Below, one piece after another: positions 35,757 to 45,992 of a stretch of 64,000 nt of DNA; position 1 is the stretch's first letter; each line of letters begins with the position of its first letter. Under the pieces are notes generated by a model. That model did no database searches. It had not been told where the DNA came from and saw nothing but the letters and a program-made list of their open reading frames with translations. Both the position numbers and the translations under genes were made by a program. Source of the DNA: Acidimicrobiales bacterium (GTDB taxonomy: Bacteria > Actinomycetota > Acidimicrobiia > Acidimicrobiales > CADCTF01); NCBI GenBank assembly GCA_035540495.1, contig DATLGL010000047.1, positions 30,383-94,382 on the forward strand. Reading direction: 5' to 3'.

Positions 35757-38732
35757 ATGCACCGGAGCATTTTCCTCAACGCAGCTCAACGAGGCCTCAA
35801 GCTTCCTTGCACCACGCGCCGATCGGCGGTCATGCCCGGACAGGTGGTGCCGGCAGCGGTGGCGGCTGCTGCGCTCCTTGCCGCCGCTGCGCGTAGCGCA
35901 CGCGGAGGAACGCCTCGCGGCGAAGCCGAGCGTGCGCTCTCGATCGTCGCGCTGCTCGTGCTTGCTGCCGCAGGGGCCATGTCGGCCTTCACGACGGCAG
36001 CCGCGCAGGGGCTTGCCGTCTTCGGTTCTGCGATCGCCGCGCTGACGGTGTGCCGGTGGCTGTGGCCCCGGCGCCGCAGAGGGGACGTCGCCGTCGTGCT
36101 GTCGTCGACTGCGCTGGTGGCGACGACGGTCACCTTCGACGGGATGCAGGAGGCGGCGGTGGTGGCGGCCGGCCTGCTGATCGCGGTGACCACGATCGCC
36201 GCGGCTGGCGGGGGTGCTGCAGGGCTCGCTCTGCTGGTCTTCGCCGCGGCAGCGGCGACGGGCCTGGCGGACGCATCGGTGGCGGTGGCGGCTTGTGCGG
36301 CGCTGGCGGGCGCCGCGCTCGTCGCTTCTCGCACCTCGTCCGCCGTTGCAGCCTTCGGGGCGGCGGCCAGCGTGCTGGCCACGGTCGCGGGGATCGGTTC
36401 GATCCGCGCGGCGAGCCTCGTAGCGCTCGGCGCGCTGTTGCTCTCACTGCACGCACGATCGACGCTCGGCTCCGCGGCGGCGATGGGAGGACCTGCCATC
36501 GAGGAGGAGCCCGAGGTCGCTCAGGACTCGTTGGGCGAGCCTGGCGACGACCTGTTCCGCGCGCTCATCGCGGATGCGTCCGACATGGTGACGCTCATCG
36601 ATCCGAGCGGGCTGATCGAGTACCAGAACGACGCTGCGATCCGGTGGCTCTCGCCCGACGGCCGCGCTCAGGTCGGAAAGCCGATCGAGGCGGTCGTGCA
36701 CCCCGATGATCGAGCGGTCCTCCTCGGTCTCCTCGACCCCGCAAGGCTGCTCGAGACCAGAGGCGTCGCGATCGAGCTGCGCCTACGCGTTCCGAATGGC
36801 AGCTACGTGCGCACGGAAACGACCGTCAACAACCACGTGGCGAACAACGCGGTGCGGGCTCTCGCTCTCACGAGCCGCGACATCAGCGACCGGAAGATGC
36901 TCGAGGAGCAGCTCGTCGTCCGCGCGTTTCATGACTCCCTCACCGGGCTCGGCAACCGGGCGCTGTTCCGCGATCGCCTCGAACACGCCGTCGCGTGGGC
37001 GCGGCGGTACGGCACCGGCATCGCGGTGCTGTTCATCGATCTCGACGGGTTCAAGCTCGTCAACGACACGCTTGGTCATGACGTCGGCGACGGGCTCCTC
37101 CAAGAGGTGGCGAAACGGCTCGCGTCGAACCTGCGCACGACAGACACCGTCGCCCGGATGGGTGGCGACGAGTTCGCGATCCTCCTCGAGGACCCTCGCG
37201 ACGTCTCGGCTGCGGCGACCATCGCGGCTCGGATCCTCGCCTCTCTCCAGACCCCGATCTTCGTCGACCCCTTCCCGCTCAAGGTGTCCTGTTCTATCGG
37301 CCTCGACACGACGGGCGGCAAGCACGCGGTCAGCGCAGAGGATCTGCTTCGCAACGCGGATCTCGCGATGTACCGGGCGAAGGCGCTCGGCAAGAACCAG
37401 GTCGCCCGCTACGAACCGAACATGCGGGAAGAAGCCCAGCTCAGGATGCGACTCGAGAAGGAGCTGCGACTCGCGATCGACCGCGACGAGCTCGTCCTCC
37501 ACTACCAGCCCGTCGGTTCGATCGCGAGCGGCGAGATCACCGGCGTCGAGGCGCTCGTGCGGTGGCAGCATCCCGAGCGCGGGATGATCCCCCCATCGGA
37601 CTTCGTGCCGGTCGCCGAGGAGTCGGGGCTGATCGTGGAGCTCGGCCGGTGGGCCCTCGCCAAGGCGTGCACCGAGATGGCCGAGGTCTCGCAGCGAACC
37701 GGGCGCGAGTTCTGGGTGTCGGTGAACGTGGCGACCAGGCAGCTGCTCCAGCCGGGCCTGGTGCAGTCGGTGCGGGGAGCGCTCAACCGGTCCGGGTTGC
37801 CCGCGCAACGCCTCGTCCTCGAGATCACCGAAGGCGCGCTCCTCGACGATCCGAAGGCGTGCGCGAGCCTCCTGCACCAGCTGCGCGGTCTTGGGGTCCG
37901 CCTGGCGATCGACGACTTCGGCACGGGTTACAGCTCGCTGTCGCGGCTCCGCAGCTTCGCCGTCGACAAGCTGAAGATCGACCGATCGTTCATCCAGGAG
38001 ATCGTGAACGCGTCCGACCACGCGCCGATCGTCGCTGCGGTGATGGCGATGGCCCACAGCCTCGGCTTGACCGCTGTGGCCGAGGGCGTCGAGACCGCCG
38101 ACCAGCTCGCGTGCCTCCACCGGCACGGCTGCGAAGAGGTGCAGGGGTATCTCCTCGCTCGACCTTTGCCCGTGAACGACCTCGAGGTGATGTTGCGTCG
38201 CGAGGGCGATCTGCTCGCCTCGGTCGGAGTGCCTGCACGAGCTGCGGTCGCGGAGTCGCCGCTGTCGGCGCTGGTACGCGAAGCAGCGTCCTTGCGTGAC
38301 CGGACCGGTACGCCCCGTGCCGACGTGGTTCCGCTGTTGTTGACGGAGCTGTCGCGCCAGCTCCACGCGTCGAGCGCGTACCTGGCCAAGGTCGACCTCG
38401 TGCGAGGCGGTGAGGAGGTCGTCGTGGCATCGCGTGGCGGTGCCGTCGATCTGCCGTCCCATCTCCTCATCGCCTCGGACAACCCGGGCACGTTCCGGAC
38501 GGTGGTCGGCAACGACGTCCCGAGTGTCCTGCGCGAGCGGGGTGTGGCGTCGCTCACGGTCGTGCCGATGGTCGACGACGGTCCGCTCGCGTCGTATGTG
38601 CTCGCAGTCGTCGGCACGACGCCCTCCGCCCCACCGCCGCAGCACGTGGTGCTGATGGAGCTGTTGACACGGCTCCTCGGCGACACGTCGGTGATCGAGT
38701 CGTCGCCGTCGGTGGTGGGCGCCGTCGCCTGA
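35757..38732 (+). CDS. Membrane-bound PAS-GGDEF-EAL protein with extra C-terminal GAF-like domain
   Basis: Ala-rich polytopic N-terminus, PAS segment ('ASDMVTLIDPSGLIEYQN'), 'RMGGDEFAIL', 'EALVRWQHP', 'DDFGTGYSSL', 'KIDRSFI', 'QGYLLARP', then a roughly 170-aa GAF-like tail. Start codon uncertain (35757 or ATG 35832). Confidence 0.85.
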   Translation: MHRSIFLNAAQRGLKLPCTTRRSAVMPGQVVPAAVAAAALLAAAARSARGGTPRGEAERALSIVALLVLAAAGAMSAFTTAAAQGLAVFGSAIAALTVCRWLWPRRRRGDVAVVLSSTALVATTVTFDGMQEAAVVAAGLLIAVTTIAAAGGGAAGLALLVFAAAAATGLADASVAVAACAALAGAALVASRTSSAVAAFGAAASVLATVAGIGSIRAASLVALGALLLSLHARSTLGSAAAMGGPAIEEEPEVAQDSLGEPGDDLFRALIADASDMVTLIDPSGLIEYQNDAAIRWLSPDGRAQVGKPIEAVVHPDDRAVLLGLLDPARLLETRGVAIELRLRVPNGSYVRTETTVNNHVANNAVRALALTSRDISDRKMLEEQLVVRAFHDSLTGLGNRALFRDRLEHAVAWARRYGTGIAVLFIDLDGFKLVNDTLGHDVGDGLLQEVAKRLASNLRTTDTVARMGGDEFAILLEDPRDVSAAATIAARILASLQTPIFVDPFPLKVSCSIGLDTTGGKHAVSAEDLLRNADLAMYRAKALGKNQVARYEPNMREEAQLRMRLEKELRLAIDRDELVLHYQPVGSIASGEITGVEALVRWQHPERGMIPPSDFVPVAEESGLIVELGRWALAKACTEMAEVSQRTGREFWVSVNVATRQLLQPGLVQSVRGALNRSGLPAQRLVLEITEGALLDDPKACASLLHQLRGLGVRLAIDDFGTGYSSLSRLRSFAVDKLKIDRSFIQEIVNASDHAPIVAAVMAMAHSLGLTAVAEGVETADQLACLHRHGCEEVQGYLLARPLPVNDLEVMLRREGDLLASVGVPARAAVAESPLSALVREAASLRDRTGTPRADVVPLLLTELSRQLHASSAYLAKVDLVRGGEEVVVASRGGAVDLPSHLLIASDNPGTFRTVVGNDVPSVLRERGVASLTVVPMVDDGPLASYVLAVVGTTPSAPPPQHVVLMELLTRLLGDTSVIESSPSVVGAVA

Positions 38733-38744
38733 CAAGCTCGCGAG

Positions 38745-39548
38745 GTGGCCGCTTCCTCCGCCCTGCAGCCTCTGATCGCTCGCGCTGCGGCGCTCGTCGA
38801 CGCGGCAGAGCGCGTGCTGGTGCTCACCGGCGCCGGCATCTCGACCGACTCCGGCATCCCCGACTACCGCGGTCCTCAGGGCGTGTGGACGAAGAACCCG
38901 GGTGCCGAGAAGATGGCGACGCTCGAGCACTACCTGACCGATCCGGAGATACGGAAGCGTTCGTGGCGGTCTCGGCTCGACACGCCGATCTTCCGCGCCG
39001 AGCCGAACGACGGCCACGCGGCGATCGTCGAGCTCGAGAAGCGGGGCAAGCTCCACGCGCTCGTCACCCAGAACGTCGACGGGCTGCACCTCAAGGCCGG
39101 CACGTCGCCGGAGAAGCTCGTCGAGATCCACGGGCACGTGCGCGACGTCGTCTGCTGGAGCTGCGGTGAGCGGGCGCCGATGGAGAAGGCACTCGACCGC
39201 GTGCGGGCGGGGGAGGAGGACCCGCCCTGTCACACCTGCGGCGGAATCCTGAAGTCCGCGACGATCTCGTTCGGCCAGCAGCTCGAGCGGGCGGACGTGC
39301 TGCGGATGGACCACGCAGCCATGACGTGCGACCTCGTCCTCGCCGTCGGGTCGACGCTGTCGGTGTGGCCGGCCGCGGGAGCGGTGCCGCGGGCGCTACG
39401 CCACGGAGCGAAGCTGATCATCGTGAACCAGGAGCGCACGGAGTTCGACGCGGAGGCCGATGTCGTGCTGCGTGCGTCGATCAGCGAGGTGCTCCCTGCC
39501 ATCGTCCGCGGTGGATCACCTCCTCCGCCGGACGGCGCCCCCGCCTGA
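38745..39548 (+). CDS. cobB: NAD-dependent protein deacylase (Sir2 family)
   Basis: 'GAGISTDSGIPDYRG', 'TQNVDGLH', zinc ribbon 'CWSCG...CHTCGG'. Confidence 0.88.
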   Translation: MAASSALQPLIARAAALVDAAERVLVLTGAGISTDSGIPDYRGPQGVWTKNPGAEKMATLEHYLTDPEIRKRSWRSRLDTPIFRAEPNDGHAAIVELEKRGKLHALVTQNVDGLHLKAGTSPEKLVEIHGHVRDVVCWSCGERAPMEKALDRVRAGEEDPPCHTCGGILKSATISFGQQLERADVLRMDHAAMTCDLVLAVGSTLSVWPAAGAVPRALRHGAKLIIVNQERTEFDAEADVVLRASISEVLPAIVRGGSPPPPDGAPA

Positions 39549-40098
39549 GCGACGGCGACGGCTCGTCGGGCTCGGGATACCCGATCGCGATCGCGCCGAT
39601 CGGCGTGTACGCATCCGGCACATCGAACGCCTTCCGAAAGCGCCCCATGCGAGCCGGGAAGATGCCGAAGAACAGCGCGCCGAGGCCCGCGTCGACGGCG
39701 GTGAGCAGCATCAGCATCGAGGCCATGCCCGTGTCGATGTCCCAGTAGGGGACGGGCCAGTGGTCGTCCGCTCGGTCGGTCCATCCCTTGTCTGCCTCGG
39801 CGTAGCGGTCGATGTACGCCTGCTTGTGCGAGAGGGGGACGACGATCAGGGGCGCGTCGAAGAGCCCCTGCCAGCGGAACGATGTCCGGTCTGTCTCGTC
39901 GGGAGGGAACGTCGCGTTCCAGAACCGCTCGGTGTCGTCTCTCCCCTCGAGGACCAGGAAGGCCCACCCCTGGCTGAAGCCGGCCGACGGTGCCCGCTGC
40001 GCGTTCGAGAGGATCCGGTCGACCACGTCTTCCGGAACCGGCCGCGGCGCGAAGTTGCGCACCATCCGGCGGCGGCGGACGACGTCTTGGAACTCCAT
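39481..40098 (-). CDS. Nitroreductase family protein
   Basis: 'RRRRMVRNFAPRPVPEDVVDRILSNAQRAPSAGFSQGW', a typical nitroreductase N-terminus. Its 3' end overlaps the sirtuin 3' end by 68 nt (convergent). Confidence 0.8.
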   Translation of the reverse strand: MEFQDVVRRRRMVRNFAPRPVPEDVVDRILSNAQRAPSAGFSQGWAFLVLEGRDDTERFWNATFPPDETDRTSFRWQGLFDAPLIVVPLSHKQAYIDRYAEADKGWTDRADDHWPVPYWDIDTGMASMLMLLTAVDAGLGALFFGIFPARMGRFRKAFDVPDAYTPIGAIAIGYPEPDEPSPSLRRGRRPAEEVIHRGRWQGAPR

Positions 40099-40179
40099 GT
40101 GTCAAATCCTTGTCAGACGGACGCCGTGGTCGTGGTCGACACTCGGACGAAGATCCTGTTCGAGCCTTGGGGAGGCGCG

Positions 40180-40617
40180 ATGTTCCGTTCGATCGTGGTG
40201 GGCACGGATGGCTCACCGACCGCTACAGAAGCCGTCCGCCAGGCGACGGCGCTGGCCCGCCTCGGCGGCGGAACCGTGCACCTCGTCAGCGCGTACCGCC
40301 CCCTCGAGAGCTACGCAACGGTCGCGGAGGCGCTCCCGCCGAACGTGCACGACCTGATCGATCCGGCGGGAATAGCTCGCGGCGTTCTCGACGAGGCGGC
40401 CGCGAAGGTGCGGGCCGAGGGCGTCGAGTGCGAGGTCCACGGGCGCGCCGGTGACGCGGCCCAGGCGCTCATCGAGGTCGCCGAGGCGAACGGAGCCGAC
40501 GTGATCGTCGTCGGGAACAAGGGCATGCACTCGAAGGCACGGTTCCTGTTGGGCTCAGTGCCGAACAAGGTCTCGCACCACGCCCCGTGCGCGGTGCTTA
40601 TCGCGAGGACGGCGTGA
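40180..40617 (+). CDS. Universal stress protein (UspA family)
   Basis: ATG 40180 preceded by GGAGG. 'IVVGTDGSPTA...', 'VIVVGNKGMHS..FLLGSVPNKVSHHAPCAVLI'. Confidence 0.88.
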   Translation: MFRSIVVGTDGSPTATEAVRQATALARLGGGTVHLVSAYRPLESYATVAEALPPNVHDLIDPAGIARGVLDEAAAKVRAEGVECEVHGRAGDAAQALIEVAEANGADVIVVGNKGMHSKARFLLGSVPNKVSHHAPCAVLIARTA

Positions 40618-40686
40618 CCTCCGGGATCAGCTGGGTGTAGTTCGGGAGGCGGGAATTCCGACCTGTCCGGTAGGGTTTTACTCGCT

Positions 40687-41871
40687 ATGCCGAGCTTCCG
40701 AGAGCTTCTGAACGCGACCAAGGCGCGCATCCAAGAGATCGACACGGCCGAGGCCGAGTCACGCCTGAAGGAGCGCCAGCCGGTGCTGCTCGACGTGCGC
40801 GAGCCCGACGAGTACGAGCAGGGCGCGATCCCGGGCGCGATCCACATCCCACGGGGGCACCTGGAGAGCCAGGTCGAGTCGAAGGTCACCGACAAAGACG
40901 CCGAGGTGCTGATCTACTGCGCCGGCGGCGTCCGCTCCGCCTTCGCGGCCGACACGCTCACCCAGCTCGGCTACACGAACGCCATCTCGGTCGCGGGTGG
41001 GTTCAACAAGTGGAAGAACGAGGGCCGCGACTGGAAGACGCCTCAGACGCTCTCGGGCGAGCAGCGCAACCGCTACCAGCGCCACCTCCTCCTTCCCGAG
41101 GTCGGTGAGGTCGGCCAGCAGAAGCTGCTCGACTCGAAGGTCCTCCTGCTCGGCGCCGGCGGCCTCGGGTCGCCTGCTGCCCTCTACCTGGCAGCTGCGG
41201 GCGTGGGCACGCTCGGCATCATCGACATGGACGTGGTCGACGAGTCGAACCTGCAGCGCCAGATCCTCCACAACATGGACCGCATCGGGGAGCGCAAGGT
41301 CGACTCCGCGAAGAAGACGCTGACCCTGCTGAACCCCGACGTCAACGTCGTCACCTACGACGTCCGCCTCGGCGCCGACAACATCCTCGACATCATCGAC
41401 GGCTACGACGTCATCGTCGACGGCACCGACAACTTCCCGACGCGCTACCTCGTGAACGACGCGTCGCTCCTCAAGAAGATCCCGGTCGTCTACGGCGCCA
41501 TCTTCCGCTTCGAGGGTCAGGCATCGGTCTTCCACCCCTACGAGGGCCCGTGCTACCGCTGCCTGCTGCCCGAGCCGCCGCCCGCCGAGCTCGCGCCGTC
41601 GTGCGCCGAGGCCGGCGTCCTCGGCGTGCTGCCGGGCATCATCGGCTCGATCCAGGCCATGGAGGCGATCAAGATCCTCCTCGGTCTCGGCGACAGCCTT
41701 GCCGGTCGCCTGCTCGCGTACGACGCGCTCGAGGAGTCGTTCCGCACGTTCAAGGTGCCGCGCGATCCCGACTGCCCCGCGTGCGGTCCGAACGCGGGCG
41801 AGATCGTCATCGCCGAGTACGACGAGCTGTGCATGCCGCATCCTCGGGAAGCCCCGCCCGCCGCTTCCTGA
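40687..41871 (+). CDS. Rhodanese-ThiF/MoeB fusion (sulfur-carrier-protein adenylyltransferase/sulfurtransferase) with the rhodanese domain N-terminal
   Basis: Residues 1 to about 120 are rhodanese (active-site loop 'CAGGVRS'). Then ThiF/MoeB: 'RYQRHLLLPEVG', 'LLLGAGGLGSP', 'DESNLQRQILH', zinc motifs 'CYRC' and 'CPAC'. Confidence 0.8.
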   Translation: MPSFRELLNATKARIQEIDTAEAESRLKERQPVLLDVREPDEYEQGAIPGAIHIPRGHLESQVESKVTDKDAEVLIYCAGGVRSAFAADTLTQLGYTNAISVAGGFNKWKNEGRDWKTPQTLSGEQRNRYQRHLLLPEVGEVGQQKLLDSKVLLLGAGGLGSPAALYLAAAGVGTLGIIDMDVVDESNLQRQILHNMDRIGERKVDSAKKTLTLLNPDVNVVTYDVRLGADNILDIIDGYDVIVDGTDNFPTRYLVNDASLLKKIPVVYGAIFRFEGQASVFHPYEGPCYRCLLPEPPPAELAPSCAEAGVLGVLPGIIGSIQAMEAIKILLGLGDSLAGRLLAYDALEESFRTFKVPRDPDCPACGPNAGEIVIAEYDELCMPHPREAPPAAS

Positions 41872-42001
41872 CGGCTGGCAGCGGCTGACACTTCACGCTG
41901 ATCGCGAGGGATGAACCCCGGTAACGGGGAACAAGTGGTGCCGAAGCGACATCTCGGGACGAGACGGTGGGACAGTCCCGACCGAGGTTCGGAGGCATCG
42001 G

Positions 42002-43180
42002 ATGCTACGAAAGCGGCTCGCCGCCGGAGCGTTGGCGCTCGCGGTCGGCCTTGCGGGCGCGGGAACCGTGCTCAGCGGAACCAACGCATCGGGCGTGACC
42101 ACGTCGAGCGATCCCGTCGAGATCGGGAACTACCAGCTGACGGCGGAGAAGCTCGACGCGCTGCGCCTGCGTTGGGGCCAGCAGCTCATCGACCGCCACG
42201 GCACCGGCACGTGGGCGCCGATGCGGTTCGACCTGGGCGACGAGGAGCTGGCGCTGATGGGCCTGCCCTCCAAGGACGTGCTCGCCAAGCACCGGTATCC
42301 CGAGCCCACGTACTTCGACGAGTCGGGCAACCCGAAGCGGATCCCGCTCGCGAAGGGCGGGGGCAAGGGCAGCGGTGACTCCGCTGGCGGCGATCCGCAG
42401 AGCGACTCCGCCGTCGCCGCCTACGCGGGCGCCGGTTTCCTCGGGATCCGCCCAGGCGGTCTCCTGCTGACGGTGACCGACAAGGCGATCGGCTGGTGCT
42501 CGTTCGCCCACGTCTACGGGACGCCCGGGTCGTACAAGATCAGCACCGCGGGCCACTGCGGCAAGGTCGGCGACGTCGCGACCGTGATCGGCGTGATCGG
42601 CAACCACACGCCGGTGCTGATCGACATCGGCCGCTACTCGAAGTCGACCGGCGACGGCGGCATCGGGAAGGACTGGGCGCTCATCGACATCGAGCCGCAG
42701 TTCCAGGACCTGGTGACGCCGACGATGGCCGGTTGGGGCGGCCCGTTCGGCATGTACACCGCCACCGGCGACGTCGTCGCGTTCAACTACTCCGGCCGCA
42801 ACCTGCTGCCGTCCCCGAGCGTCAACCCGAACCCCATGCTGGCGCAGCAGATCGTCCACTACGGCCACGGCACTGGGCTCGGATTCCTCGTCGGGACGCC
42901 GCGATCGGGTACCGCGCTGTCGTGGAAGCCGGCGTACTACACCTTCTTCGGCGCCATCTCCCCGGGTGACTCGGGCTCCGGCTCGAACACCGTCACCGGT
43001 GACACCGTCGGTGCCCAGCGGGAGGCGGCCGGCATCAACACGCACATCTACCTCGACGGGATCCAGCCGTTCAAGACCGGCACGGGGTACCTCGCCGGCA
43101 CGCGGGCGACGCTGGTGAGCGCAACGCTGGCGAACGGCCAGCTGCTGCCGTACCCCGCTCCGGTCCCGGTCGCTCCGTAG
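42002..43180 (+). CDS. Secreted chymotrypsin-fold (S1-like) serine protease with long pro-region
   Basis: Signal peptide. His 'TAGHCG', Asp 'KDWALIDI', Ser 'PGDSGSG', in H-D-S order. GGAGG RBS 6 nt upstream. Confidence 0.65.
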   Translation: MLRKRLAAGALALAVGLAGAGTVLSGTNASGVTTSSDPVEIGNYQLTAEKLDALRLRWGQQLIDRHGTGTWAPMRFDLGDEELALMGLPSKDVLAKHRYPEPTYFDESGNPKRIPLAKGGGKGSGDSAGGDPQSDSAVAAYAGAGFLGIRPGGLLLTVTDKAIGWCSFAHVYGTPGSYKISTAGHCGKVGDVATVIGVIGNHTPVLIDIGRYSKSTGDGGIGKDWALIDIEPQFQDLVTPTMAGWGGPFGMYTATGDVVAFNYSGRNLLPSPSVNPNPMLAQQIVHYGHGTGLGFLVGTPRSGTALSWKPAYYTFFGAISPGDSGSGSNTVTGDTVGAQREAAGINTHIYLDGIQPFKTGTGYLAGTRATLVSATLANGQLLPYPAPVPVAP

Positions 43181-43228
43181 CCGTTTCGACTCGTTGCTTC
43201 AACAGCGGCGGGCGTAGCCTTTCGAGCT

Positions 43229-44821
<1,593 letters not shown>

Positions 44822-44825
44822 TGTC

Positions 44826-45977
44826 GTGAAGATGCCGTCGAGGCGGGTGGTGGTGGTCGTCGCCACCACGCTCGTCGTCGGTGGTGTCGTCGCCGGCGCC
44901 ACCGTCGGAGGCGATGGTGGTCGTGACGCGCGCGGAGCCTCCGCGGCGTCGACCACCTCCACGACCTCCGCGCGCACGACCTCGACCGAGCAGGCCCCGG
45001 CGGATGACGGCGACGAGCAGGAGTCGACGACGACGTCTTCGCGGATCGACTTCCTGTCCGAGCCCATCGGCCCGCGGATGGTCTTCCTCGTCGCCGAGGC
45101 CGAGGTCGTCGTCGTCGATCTCGACGCGAACGTCGTCCGGCGAGTCCCGCACGAGATCAAGATCGCGTCCGATGGCCGGGCGGGCGCAATCGCGTTCGCG
45201 GCGGGGACGTCCGGTGTGTTCCTCGCCGGAGGTGGCCGGATCCACTTCCTCGGCAGGAACGCGCAGGGCCCACCCGACGACATCGGCGAAGCCATCGTCG
45301 CGATCCCGTCGACGACGGCGGGCAGAGCATGGGTCGCGCGCGAGCGCGGCGGCGGGTTCGTCCTCGTCGAGATCGACACCGGCGGCCGCGAGACGCGAAC
45401 GTCCGCACGGCTGCCGGACGACATGACGCCGGTCGGTTCCGCCGGCGACACCGTCGTGCTGCAGTCCGCAGCCGATGCCCTCGTCGCCTGGTCCCCTGCC
45501 ACCGGTACGGCGTCGTGGACCACCGACTCCGCGGCCGAGTACATCGGCTCGTCGCGAGGACGTGTCGTGTGGCGGCGTCCGTGCTCGTCACCTCTCTGCA
45601 CCGTGCACGTGACCGACCCGGCGACGGGACGCGACGAAACCATCCCGATCCCGGAGTTCGGCGTCGGCTGGTCGAGCAGCTACGAGGTCGACCCGACCGG
45701 CCGGTACCTCGGAGCGCTGACCGGCGAATACCGCCGCGACAGCGCGGCGTTCGAGGTGGTTGTCGTCGACCTCGAGACACGGCTGGTCGCAGCGGAGGAG
45801 GCGTTCGAACCCGGCGACCTCGCGTGGTCGCCCGACGGTCGATGGCTGTTCCAGTCGGGGGAGGCCGACTTCGGCCTGCAACTGCGATGGGCCTACCGCC
45901 TCGACGGCAGCTCCTTGCGGCGCGTCGACCTCCGCCTCCCGGAGCGGTACCAGACCCTCGCCACGGTCGTTCTCTGA
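44826..45977 (+). CDS. Membrane-anchored hypothetical protein, possible beta-propeller (TolB/WD40-like 'AWSPDGRWL' element)
   Basis: N-terminal TM 'VVVVVATTLVVGGVVAGATV', Ser/Thr-rich linker, weak propeller-like motifs. Confidence 0.5.
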   Translation: MKMPSRRVVVVVATTLVVGGVVAGATVGGDGGRDARGASAASTTSTTSARTTSTEQAPADDGDEQESTTTSSRIDFLSEPIGPRMVFLVAEAEVVVVDLDANVVRRVPHEIKIASDGRAGAIAFAAGTSGVFLAGGGRIHFLGRNAQGPPDDIGEAIVAIPSTTAGRAWVARERGGGFVLVEIDTGGRETRTSARLPDDMTPVGSAGDTVVLQSAADALVAWSPATGTASWTTDSAAEYIGSSRGRVVWRRPCSSPLCTVHVTDPATGRDETIPIPEFGVGWSSSYEVDPTGRYLGALTGEYRRDSAAFEVVVVDLETRLVAAEEAFEPGDLAWSPDGRWLFQSGEADFGLQLRWAYRLDGSSLRRVDLRLPERYQTLATVVL

Positions 45978-45992
45978 ATCGCGCCGGACGCC

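Noticed and set aside
35830-36480. Extremely Ala-rich stretch suspected to be a DNA tandem repeat or low-complexity artefact.
   Set aside because: No regular nucleotide period is visible. It reads as successive hydrophobic helices forming the membrane domain of the GGDEF-EAL protein.
41872-42001. 130-nt leader before the protease gene, with small hairpins (CCCCG-GTAA-CGGGG; GGGAC...GTCCC), considered as a riboswitch or sRNA.
   Set aside because: The stems are only 5 bp and I recognise no conserved riboswitch core. It is most simply a terminator remnant or ordinary 5' UTR.
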